Source: Lama glama | Taxonomy: Eukaryota | Length of the DNA stretch: 64,000 nt | Direction: 5' to 3' | NCBI GenBank assembly: GCA_028534125.1 | Contig: CM052817.1 | Location: forward strand, 11,596,001 to 11,660,000 | In this document: one piece after another, positions 38,225-49,480 of the stretch | Numbering within the stretch: position 1 is the first letter of the stretch | How the letters are laid out: each line of letters opens with the position of its first letter | The notes under the pieces: model-generated | Database searches by the model: none | Seen by the model: the letters and a program-made list of their open reading frames with translations, nothing else | Told to the model about the DNA's origin: nothing | Translations under genes and position numbers: made by a program

Positions 38225-38650
38225 CAATTTCCCAGTGCCAAGTTGATTTTTTTTTTAGCATAGTTGATGATCCCAGGATGGTCAGTTGACTTAAGCTGGG
38301 CCAAATAGAGAATTTTCATAGATGTTTCTTGGGCTGGAGTTTGAGAAAAGGATTTATACCCTCTTGGATGGCAAAACCTACAGATAGGTGAGGGGGCTGA
38401 GATCTGCTGGTAACTATGTTCTTTGATCTGTGGTGGTACCTTGTTGGAGAGAATGAAGCAGGCACATCAAGACAATAGAAAAGATGAGTGGGTCTACTGG
38501 CATTTTATCTCTGGTTCTGTTCCAAGTTCTCCATATCCTGGCTTAGGGCTCACTTTTCCCTTGGCTATCTGAAACTTCAAATACATTTCTCTTTTTAATT
38601 TAAGTAGGTTTGAGTTGCCACTTTCAATGGTGCAAGTTCTGACAAACACA
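38225..38650 (+). mobile_element. Old MaLR (MLT1K/L-like) LTR fragment
   Basis: GACTTAAGCTGGGCCAA, GAGAATGAAGC, AATACATTTCTCTTTT...GTTTGAGTTG...CTGACAAACACA. Confidence 0.55.
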
Positions 38651-38765
38651 AAATACATTAAAAAATATACCAAAAATGAGTTTGAATATATTATATTTTA
38701 CATTCAAAATTGTGGTTATAAGTGATTCTATAAGTACCTGATGTAATTCTTAGAGTCAACAAGAG

Positions 38766-38922
38766 CAATGCTTCTCAAACTTTAAAGTGCATACAACTAA
38801 CTCACCAGGTAATCTTGTGAAAATTTGGACTCCGATTTGGTAGGTTGGAGTGTGTTCAGAGAGTTTGCGTTTCCAGTGAGGTCCCAGGGCAAGATGCAGG
38901 TTTGAAGAGTTTGAGAAGCAGG
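38766..38922. mobile_element. MER5A-like hAT MITE
   Basis: CAATGCTTCTCAAACTTT...TCACCAGGTAATCTTGTGAAAAT...TTTGAGAAGCAGG terminal inverted repeats. Confidence 0.75.
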
Positions 38923-41900
38923 GAACTAGACAGCGTGTGTAAAGCATCTAGCACACAGGACTGGCGGTCATAGATGCCAGCTGTTGAATACATACCTATT
39001 GAGCTGAGTCAAAACTTTCAGACCTACATTGGTATATTGAGGTTGGATGATTAAATGATGCTATCAGTTGGGAGAGTAGTTTAATACAAGGCATTATGAG
39101 GTTTACTCACCGGAAAAACACACTCCTGTTTTTTTTTTTTTTGAGATTTAAAAATGTGAATAACACATTTAAGAAATCCTTTGACAGACTGAGACCCAGT
39201 CTTTTAGAGAAATTGCATGATGGAGTGGAAAGAATGATTTTTCCTGGAGTCACACAGCCTGGGGCTGGAAGTATGCTTTGTTCCTTTCCAACTGTGTGTA
39301 CCAAGGAAGTCCCAGTTCTTTTATTCACATGTAGTGGGTAATTTCATGGTCAAATGTGCAAATATGAAATTTTCTGTTTCTCTGGTAACTGAGCTAAACA
39401 TATCTTTCAACCCCATTTCTTTTCCTATTCTTTTCAGGGATGCCTTAGTTCTGGAGGGCTCAGGTGTTGATGGAGGCAGCCTTTATTTCTTATCCTGTGT
39501 TTCTGTCATTTCTATGTTGGTATCTGAAGCTCCTATATTTGTACATTTGTTCTTAGTCAGTCTCTTTAGGACTCAGCTATCTGTTGCTGCTAAATTATCT
39601 ATATACCCTATATTTCTGGTCTCTAGGTCCTTGTAGACCATTTTGCATCCTTCTTGTCCACTGGACAAACTCCCTAGGTCAATTTGCCAGTTCTCAGCAC
39701 TTCTGGATCCTTCTTGGGGTCATGGGAAACCTAGAAACTCTCAAGTTTCTCAATGATGCATGCGATCCAACTTTTATGCAATTATTCAATAAATACCAAG
39801 TGTCTCCTATGTAACCAGCATGGTACTGGGCACTAGCCCCAATATTCTTAACTCTAAAATAGTGTTTAGCTTATAATAGATGCTTAATAAAACTTTATTC
39901 AACAAATGGATATTTCTTAAAATTAAAAACTTCCTAAGAAGAAATGGAAGTATTTGGATAGATAAGTACTTCCCAAAATAACAACCAGTCATTCGTGAAA
40001 ATAGGCAGAAATGTATCAGAATACTTTATTTAATACAGTCTAATCTCTCCACAAGTGGAGTGAAAATGTGATATCATTTCTTTGATATCATAACAGGGCA
40101 CTGCAGATGCACCTTCAGAATATATTTGATGTTCTAAGGATGTGAGACTGTGGGCAGAATGTTCCACAGTGCTCAACTGTGGTATCATTGACTCACTTAA
40201 TTGAATTCTTGATTTACTTAAACCTAGACTTGTTTTTTAAAGTGTCACTAATTCTATTACCTGATTACTCAAGCACGTGATAGTTTCTTACTACAGCTCA
40301 TTTCCTGTCCCCCTCCCCTACCTGGGTTGATCAGTTTCTGTGTGTGCGTTTTGTGGTTCAGCAGCATCACTGATGGACAGCATGCTGCGGGACCTCAGAC
40401 ACATTTATAAATATGGAACATGTCTAGTTGTATTGCTCTGACATCTCTGTCCTACAGTGTTTTGGGTTCTTGAAGGCCTTTAAGTGAGGGCAGAATTGGA
40501 GCTACTTAAATTTTCTTTGCCTAAATGTGGCCTTTCAACTCTACTTTGAGTTGATAGTAGATCCTTGACGTTGGAGTATGTGATGGTTTAGGAAGAGGGC
40601 TTCATTTGGAAGGGACTTACAGATCACCTCTGCTCAGCAAGCACCCAGACCTACATGGGGTTTTATCCACTTGCCCTGGGCTTTGGCTAGAGGTTGGCAG
40701 AAGGATCCCTTAGGTATCCACGACCTACAACCAGATCTTATTCCTTCTGATTTTCTCCTAATAGCTTTTTGTATTCTGATGTCTTTTATTGAGGGGAAAA
40801 AGTCTCACACAATATAATTTATTCTCTTCTTTTCTGTAGTTGATGTTATGAACTTTCTTCTTTAAGTCTTCTAAGCCATTAACTTTCTAAAAGTCAAACC
40901 CCATTTTCTTTATTTAAAGTCTAGCTTAGACAACTTTAGCTTTCAAAACTATTTTCTAAGTTCTGAATTTAAAAAAAAAAAGAAAAAACAAAACCAACAA
41001 TCCATTAAGACTCATTGGCCTCCCTGGCTCTTATCTGTATTTTTCCTCACTGAAAAATGATGAAATTCCATATTCAAAAGCTGGTGGATCACAGGACAAT
41101 GGGAATACTGAAGGAAAGAGAAACCTCAGAATTTTATCCCTTCACATGTAAAAGGGGGAGAGAGTCAGGAGATAGCCAGACATGGAACAGGGATGACTTT
41201 CTCCAAAAAGAACTCTGGTACCTTTTGGGCTCCCAGAGATGTGTCACACAGTATGGAGAACACAAGGATAAAGGCAGCAGACAGAGCCACAGGTAGACTA
41301 CCAGCTCTGTATGCATTTCCCTTCGCTTGTAGAGGACCACTTAAGCCTCTCTCCTTAGCTATTGAGGGTACTTGTTGGTGCTTTTCTGCCATTAGGTGTA
41401 TGGAGGGGATGCCTTCCAGAGGCACTGGGTTTAGGGAGTTGTTCTAAACTGCTTGGTTGTGTATTAAGATTTAATTCTCCCCTTCCTCTCAAATGAAATC
41501 TGCAGTCTTTATCAAATGGCTAAAGCCCAAGCTGTCTAAGAGTGGGAGCTGGCTGTGCTACAGAATTCATATTTCCATCCTCCCAAGTCCCATCTGTGCC
41601 CCGGATGTCACCTGGAGAGATGGTTTTTGGAAGAGCTAATCAGGGACAGGCCAAGGACAAAACATGGATGAGTCAGTCTGGAGTCATCAATAGGGGGCAA
41701 GGCTTCTTCCTTGCCTTCTTACATTGTTCCCTGTAACAGGGTTGTTTATTTTAATGTTCCTTTCCTGCGCTTTTGAAGGCTCCTTAATGAAATTGCAAAA
41801 GCTTCCTGAGACCTTTAGAAATTCTGCGTGGTTACTTATATATCTCAACCCTTTTGAGGTGTAACCCTGAGACATTTACTGCTCTCCCCAGGATTATATT

Positions 41901-43329
41901 TATAATTTTAAGGTTCTTTCTAAAGAACCAAAGCTGAGAAGAAACAGAAAAAAAATAACTTATCATGGAGTTCCCCTCCCCCTACTCAACACACACACAC
42001 GTGCGCGTGTGCACACACGTACATGCGTACATGCTGAAAATAGGAAAAGTGTTTGAAATAGAGGCAGACTAATTATCCAGGTTGGAATAGGGCCAGGATA
42101 TTGGTCATTGGATTCTCTCTCTTTCCTCCCCGGTTTCTTTTCCTCTCCCTTCTGTCATCTTTCCCCAACCATCAGGTGGGTGGGTGGGTTGCTGGCTGGC
42201 TGCTGGTTGGCAAACAGAAATAGTTTAGGAGCAAGTGTTCTTGGGGTATGTTCACTGAAGAATGAATCAGAGCAACAAAGAGTGATTTTTTTCCTCCACG
42301 TTCAGCCAATTTACATACAAGGAGAGCAGGTGGGGAGATGTAATTCCTAACGGATTGCAGACATAGAGATTTAAATCTGGGTAAGTGATAGTAAGATTTT
42401 CCAAAGTAAAAAGATGGCATGTACAAATTAAATAATCTTGAAGAAATATGAGTGGGATGGGAAGTGTTTTACTCAAAGAGCAATAAATAAGGGATATCCA
42501 TATCCATCACTGCAGACAATAAATCACTCTGTCCTGAGGGGTGCAAAAATGAATGTGGATGTCTTGAAAGAGAATGGATTCTGTTGTGAATTGGACAAGT
42601 GGGTAATTAAAACCCATGAAGTTGAAGCTACCAGAAGTCGAGCAACTTAAAGGGGCCAGGTGTGTTTAATGAACTAGCCTTTTCCTGCGTGGTGATGTGC
42701 CTGTCCTTAAATTAGCAATATTCTGTTGTTCGTAAAGGAAGCTGTGCTCGCAGATTAATTCAGTCACCAAAGATACACCCAATGAGTGCTACAATTTGTA
42801 ATCTGGATTTGAAAGCTGCAGTCTGTTGATGTTCAGACAGTTTAAGAGGATTTGTTCAATAAGCAGAGATTTGTCTTGCAACAAGACTGTCGGGGCCACC
42901 TACAGAAGGAAGCAAGCTAAGCTCTGCAGACTTGCCTTTGAAACATTCTAGCAACTGGCTACACTGGACCTACTGTTCCATGTACATTGCTGGCCTCTTT
43001 TTGGCTACATGATCCCTTTGCTCTAACCAGGCTGGTCTCCTTACCACCAAAAGCACCTGTCGGCCTGATTCTGGGCAGTCCATCTTGGCTGATGTTCTTT
43101 CTTTCATCTAAAAAGCCTCTTTCTTCTCCTTGGTAAATCTGGGTACATACATTTTTTGGGGGGGGGCTCTCCCTTTGGCTGTAGATCCTACAAAACACCT
43201 TCATTCTGTGATGACAGAACCTCCTGGCTGGGAGGGAGAAATCTCAAAGAATATCTCCTGGAATCAGTATTCTTTGCACAGTGTGGTGGGAAGGACACAG
43301 CCTTTGGAGCATGAGTTCCACTTGGTAAC

Positions 43330-43640
43330 AGTTGCTATACACTTTAGGCCCTGCATTAAGTAATCATATTTCACTTATTTCTCATAGCAATCCAATAGGA
43401 GAAAAGTGAAGCACAGAAAGATTAAATAACTTGCCAGGGCTACCCACCGAGTAAGTAGTTGATCTGAAATTATAACCAGTATCTCTCTGACCTCCATGCT
43501 CAGTGCACACAGCTACTATCTCCCTGGCTTGGGCAAGTTATTCGCTTTTCCAGTCTTCCGGGCCACATCTATCAATGGTGGATAAGGCTCAGAGAGTATG
43601 TACATTCAACACCTAGTAAAATGCCTGACAATATTAAATG
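43330..43640. mobile_element. Two MIR fragments in opposite orientation
   Basis: GTGAAGCACAGAAAGATTAAATAACTTGCC (-) and CTTGGGCAAGTTATT (+). Confidence 0.6.
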
Positions 43641-43681
43641 GTAATTAGGTTGTTATTAATAATCGGTGTGATTATCTTACT

Positions 43682-43846
43682 CCTTGCTTTTTAAAGTTTG
43701 GTCTGTGGACCAGAGCATCAACTCTACCTGGGAGCTTGTTAGAAATGCAGAATCTTGGACTGACCATAGACCTCCTGAATCAGAATCTGCATTTTAACAA
43801 GGTCCCCAGGTGATGTGTATGCATTTTGAAGTTTGCGAAACACAGG
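43682..43846. mobile_element. MER5A/MER5A1-like hAT MITE
   Basis: ACCTGGGAGCTTGTTAGAAATGCAGAATC...GAATCAGAATCTGCATTTTAACAAGGTCCCCAGGTGAT. Confidence 0.9.
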
Positions 43847-44414
43847 ACTACCCCATGCTTTCATATCCCCTGAGAATTCAACTTGTTACCTTTTTTCTTT
43901 TTCTTTACTCTTTATTTAGAAATATATTCACACTTCCCAAAATATGACAAGAATAGTACAAAAAACTCTGGCCCCTTTTAGTGGAGAATGGTATTTAGAT
44001 ATTAAGATCCATGTGCCAGATGTACTCAAAACCACAGGATTCCTTTCAGCTTTCCCCCTTTTCATATTTGTAACTCTCTTTTCTGATGGTGAAAAACCTT
44101 GGATATGCATTAGCCCCAGTATGTTTATGTACTTGCTCATTACCTTTGTATGGAATCAGAACTAATTTCCTGATCTGCCCATCTTCCCATTTAACTTCTT
44201 TATCTTCTTTATCATTTATCTTCTTTGTGTGGGTTCTGACCCCCACCAGCTTCCCATTAGTCCTGGTGACCTGTTTGTTGTTTCTTGAGGCAGCTCCTTC
44301 TAGCCAAGGCAGCTCTTACCAAGAGAAGTTTCTTTCTTATATTGAACTAAAGTCATGTTCTTGTAGCTTCCTCTCCTCTCTCTTCCACTTCGGCGTATGA
44401 AGTATAAGTGTGCT

Positions 44415-44628
44415 CAGATATAGTATGATGTGGTTGGAAAGAGCGTGACCTGGAGCATGAAGCTTTGTTCTACACTTGCTTCCTGTGAGAACTGTTCAAG
44501 TTATGTGATCGCCCCTTGCCTTAGTTTTTTTCATTTGCAAAAATAGGGACAGCATATTTACTTGCAGGTAATTGAGGACCAAATAAGACAAGAATATAAA
44601 TGGCTTAGCAAAGTGCCTGGTCCATATT
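44415..44628 (+). mobile_element. MIR
   Basis: GTGGTTGGAAAGAGC...CCTTAGTTTT...GCTTAGCAAAGTGCCTGG. Confidence 0.65.
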
Positions 44629-44714
44629 AAAGGCAACATAAAATGAGCTCCTTCCTCCATTCACTTCTTCCCACCCTCCCTTCCTTTCTTCCTTCCTCCT
44701 TCCCGCCCTCTCTC

Positions 44715-45326
44715 CGAGACAGGAGGGAAGGGGGCAGGGCACAGCCATTAAAGGAATGACACAGCAATTGAAGATTCCACTCCCAGTAGACCTTGAGCCT
44801 CATTAGACACTCACTGTAATATATTAGCATGCTAAATGGCACTCCCACAGGCACCATGACAGTTCTGAGGCTGACCATGAAAGGTCAAAAAGTGGGCAGT
44901 GTCCCGGTTCCTGGGAATCCCCACCTCTTCCCCAAAGCAGTTGGAATAACCCTCCCACTTGTTAGCATATGAAGTTACCAAGCCCATAAAAACCAGCAAC
45001 CCCACACGTCATGGTCGGTCTCTCTTGCCTTCTGAGACAGCCCAGTCTTTGTCTATGGAGTGTGTATCTACTTTTACTTTATAAACTAAATACTCCCCAC
45101 CCCCACCCCGCTCCCCCACACTTTGTGACTTCTCCATTCTGAGATGGCCTACACGTGGTTGTCTATGGAGTGTGCATCTCTGAATAAATCTACTTTTACT
45201 CAACTTTGGCTCGCTCTTGAATTCTTTCAAGCACAAAGAAAAGGACCCTCACTTGGTGGGACACGTCCCAGAGACTCGCCTGAGACCTGGGACACAGCCA
45301 CCCTTTTGCCTCATTTTCCTGTATCA
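44715..45326 (+). mobile_element. MER41-like ERV1 solo LTR (cetartiodactyl type)
   Basis: TATTAGCATGCTAAATGGCACTCCCACAGGCACCATGACAGTT matches the recalled MER41 core; AATAAA at 45183; CTCGCTCTTGAATTCTTTC; ends TTTCCTGTATCA. Confidence 0.75.
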
Positions 45327-45391
45327 CCTTCCTTCCTTCTTTCCTTTAATAAGATATTTGCTAAGTCCCTAATCTGTGTTGCATAGCAGTA

Positions 45392-45449
45392 AACAAAATA
45401 GACCTGATTTCTTCTCTTACAACAAAATAGACCTGATTTCTTCTCTTAC
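45392..45449. repeat. Perfect tandem duplication, 2 x 29 bp
   Basis: AACAAAATAGACCTGATTTCTTCTCTTAC at 45392-45420 and 45421-45449. Confidence 0.98.
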
Positions 45450-45534
45450 AGAACTTACAGGTTAGAGGTGAATAGGTGTATTTTTTAAATTACCTAAATA
45501 TGCAATTAGAAATTGTAACAAGTATATAATATGC

Positions 45535-45995
45535 CCTAGGTGCTGGGAGACAGGAGTAAGCTAGATAGAGAAGGGCCCTTCTCTTATGGAGGTTATATTC
45601 CAGGGGACGAAAGAAAAGGTAGATAAGAGACAGGAAGTAAATGTGTCAGGTAATATCAGATAATGATGAGTACTGCGAAGAAGCATACGCAGAATGCTGT
45701 AATTATGATGGGACCGGGGAGCCTCTTTGGAATGGGTAGCTGTGGGAGGCCTCTCTGTGGAGGTGGCCTTTGAATTAAGCCCCAGGCTGCAAGGAGTCAA
45801 CCACATGAAGATAAGAGAAAGAATGTCCTAGGAAAATGGAATGGCTGGACAGAATTATTTCATGTGTTTGAGGAGCAGAAGGGAGGCCTATGTGACTGGA
45901 GCTCAGTGAGTAGTGGGGTAGGTTGTCTGAGAAGGGGCTAGAAGGTGAGGCCCAGGGGGCCACATATGCCTTGGAGGCCACAGTGAGCTGTTCTG
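45535..45995 (-). mobile_element. L2 fragment
   Basis: CTTATGGAGGTTATATTCCAG...GGAGGCCTCTCTGTGGAGGTGGCCTTTGA...TGTGACTGGAGCTCAGTGAG. Confidence 0.8.
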
Positions 45996-46920
45996 TGTCA
46001 TGTCACTATACACAGGAAGTTTACCCTTTTGAGAGCCCTCCAAGCTGACTTCATAAGGTTTGTTGTGAATATAAATCAAGGTGAAATATAAGAACTTTGT
46101 AAAGCACAATGTGATTGTTGTTGTTATGTCTACTAGGTGATCAATAAAACTTTCAGTGAATGGAGTGACAAAAGAATAAGAAAACAAAGTTGCAAACAGT
46201 GGCCAGCTATGCAGGCTGTCTTTGTCATTCTTAAAAGGAAAGATCAAGAGGCACTTAGGAAAGAACTGCAGATTTGGGCTCAGAAGAGAAAAAGCTTTTT
46301 TAGTGGAGACAAGATGAATTTTTAGAATGCATTTTCAGGGAGGCAGGTAGATAGCATTTAAATGGCTTGACAAAAACACTTTCTTTAAAATGCACAAGTA
46401 AGAAGGTTAACAATTTGAATCTATCTTGACATTTCCAAGTGTCTGCCCCAGGGCTATTTTCTTCCTTGCTCAGGATCAGCATTTTCACATACACTTGAGA
46501 TTGCTGTTTCCTGGGCTGGACCACCCACCATGGAGTGGAGGCTGAGCACGAATGTAAGTGGGAGCAATTATTGGGCAGTATCCATACCCACTGTGAGTTT
46601 TTCTCTTTTACCGTTCAGCTCCTCATCCCATGTTATTACAACCTGGTCATCATGTGGATCATGGATCATCTCATATTATCGTGGTCTGATGGTCACATGG
46701 ACCATTGTGGCCTCAGACTGGAGCCCATCCTTACACATGCCAGAAAAGCACGAGATAAATTGAGTAGATCCTGTGTTCAATAGACAGCCACATTTTTCTC
46801 CAAGAAGCTTGGAAACCGGAATATCCAGTGATCTTGATGAGTTGGGTGGTTTTAGGGGAAGCCAGGAAGAAGGCAGGTGATGTCTTTCATGATTTTGTCC
46901 TCCCCCTATTTTTTTTTTAA

Positions 46921-47419
46921 GTAATGCGGTGCTGATTATTTCCCATTTATTCCTTCTGATCCTCTCTGCATTCATTCTCCACTCCCTGTTCTCTACCCTG
47001 GGAGGCTGACTTACACGAGCTACATTAGCAGGGCTGATTTTAACTTCCAGTTAGGCTGACTAATTGGCCTCTGGCAGGAGATGAGAGGGAAAGGGGGAAG
47101 TGAGTTTGGGATAGTTTTACCTTTTCTATAAGATCTCTTTAGACTGAGTGTGCTCTGGACTGAAGGTCACTGCCTCTTATGAGGGGTTTAACCCCGGGGG
47201 ATAACCTTCATGACCTTCTCCTTCTGAAGATTCTGGTGGTCACACCCCCACCCCATCTCTTTGGCCTAGGTATGCCAGAAGCTCAGCTGCCATTACTGCA
47301 CTATCCCTTATGGTTTCCATACACCCACACTTTGTAAATGGTTGTCTTGTTAAATAAACATTTCCAGCTCATCCAATAGTGAGTGTCCTATCTGTGTGGG
47401 ACCCTGACTAGTTAATACA
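46921..47419 (+). mobile_element. LTR33-like ERVL solo LTR
   Basis: CCCTGGGAGGCTGAC...GGCAGGAGATGAGAGGG...CACACTTTGTAAAT...GGGACCCTGACTA...AATACA. Confidence 0.75.
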
Positions 47420-47469
47420 GGTGCTATAGGTGTTGGCTGACAGAACCTGTAAGCACAGCCTGTGCTTGG

Positions 47470-47675
47470 AGGCAACACAGTATCATGGAAAGAGCTTTGA
47501 GTTCAACTGGACAGTGTTTGAATTCAGTTTCATTTCTTTCAAGTTTGTAGCTATGGGCCAATTTTATGATGTCTCTGGTCCTTAATTATAAAAATAGGAT
47601 AATAATATCTCTTTATAGAGTTGATGCATGTATGAAATGCCTGCACATAGTGGAACATAAACAAATGCCAGTTTT
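47470..47675 (+). mobile_element. MIR
   Basis: GGAAAGAGCTTTG...TTTGAATTC...TATAAAAATAGGATAATAATA...GCCTGCACATAG. Confidence 0.6.
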
Positions 47676-48970
47676 CTCCTATTCTCACAAATATTCTTTC
47701 ATATAAGAGTAAATACCAAATGGGATTAGAAGAGGGACAGGCAAGCAGGTGAAAAGTTGAGTTAGACGAAGCGCTGAAACTCTCTTTATCCAGTTCCAGT
47801 GTTTGCTTCCGTCTTCCCCGCAGCCACTCTGCAGAAAGGGGAGCTGAGGGGGATGTGTTTCTCCTCAGGCCAGTGACGCTCTGGTTCTCACTGGAGAAGT
47901 CCTTCTCAAACAGCTGAGCAAGCAGGGTACAGCCAGCCCAGTGGATGTCACCCAGGTAGGGGGAGCCCCCTGAGGCTCCTGGTGCTCAGCAAAGGGTGGC
48001 AGTGATGAGAGGGTGACTGGCTCAGCAAATGGTGGTCATGGCTGGAAGGTGTCTGGGTCCAAAAATGTCTCCTAGATTTGGAATTGAACTTTCCACCAGC
48101 CTCCCCTCAGATGCCACTCGCACTGTTTTTTTAGCCAAGTGCTCCCTTACACTGCTCCCGTTTCTTGCCCTGCAGATGTGCTCTCCTTGGTAATCAGGAG
48201 CCTGCTTTTTAAAAGCAGAGCCAAGGGAAACTTAGAGTAGGGAGGGGCTGTGATAGGTCCCTTCCACATTGATTTCTGTCTGCAAAGCCCATTCCAAAGC
48301 AACATATAATTTGAGAAAGGAACTGAAGTCTTATATAAACTCGAGGCACATTTTCTGGTACCACGTAAGTGTGCTTCTCCTAAGCGCTTCCCACGGGGAA
48401 ATTCTGGAGCCCCTAGCTGCTGGTTTCCCCCACCCCAAGGCGCCTCACCTGACACCAGTGCCTGCCTGCGGCGTCCGCTGGGCTCCCGAGTTTAAGTGCG
48501 GTTGCGATCTGACGTAGTTTAGTCCTGAGTGTCTGATACAGAACAGGTATTTCATTTCTCTCTTTCCTGCGAACTTCCAGAAAGCTACACCCAGCCTGAT
48601 TCCTGCTGGAGGCATTCGGGGTCATCTACCCATCTTCTCCTTCCCTCTTTACTGGCTAAGATGTCTCCTAACTCTGATTTGCAGACCCTCCAAAAATAGC
48701 TGTTTTAAATTTTCCGCCTTGCCAAGAAGCACACATTTTTGTCCTGCATAATGATTAGTATTCACATGCATCATATGCTCCTGCAGGCACACACTGATTG
48801 ACCATTTACATTTAATACAGGTCGGTCAGGCACCTCCTGTGTGTCAGGTTCTGTTCCGGGCCCTGGGGGACACAGCCGTCAATGAAGCCAGGTGTGGGCC
48901 TTGCCCTTCAGGGGCTTCTATTCTCAGATACTCTCCCTCCGCCATCCTCAGGTAGCAGCAAAGCGAAAGC

Positions 48971-49010
48971 AAACCAAACCAAACCAAACCAAACCAAACC
49001 AAACCAAACC
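48971..49010. repeat. (AAACC)8 pentanucleotide microsatellite
   Basis: Seen directly. Confidence 0.98.
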
Positions 49011-49089
49011 AAAAGCACAGAGAAGTATCAGTCTTCTTTGATGACAGGGGAAAGGGACCTAATATTTGCAAGTGATGGCTGAAGTGTAA

Positions 49090-49480
49090 AGATAAGTGCT
49101 CAGATCCTAGAGCCAGACCGCCTGGGTTCATATCTAATTGTACGCACTTACTAGCAGCGTGACTTTGGGCAAATCACTTAAAGCCTCTGTACTTCTGCTT
49201 CTGTATCTGCAAAATGGAGGAATACAGTGCCTGTAGGGAATTGTGAAGATTTATGGTGCCAGCCATGTAAGAAGCCCTCCACAGAGCTTGTGTTTTAAGC
49301 CCAAGAGCAAAGATTCCATGGCTAATGGCTAATGCTACCTTCCAAGCAGAGTTGTTAACACCTTGTGTGTATTGAAGCTCTCACAACAACCTTATAGATA
49401 GGTACTAGCATTACCAGGCTTATTTTAATGAACAGATGGAGACACAGAAATGTGAGATAACTTGCCATAAAATCACATAG
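49090..49480. mobile_element. Two MIRs (+ then -)
   Basis: AGAGCCAGACCGCCTGGGTTCA...GTGACTTTGGGCAAATCACTTAA; CTCTCACAACAACCTTATAGATAGG. Confidence 0.75.
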
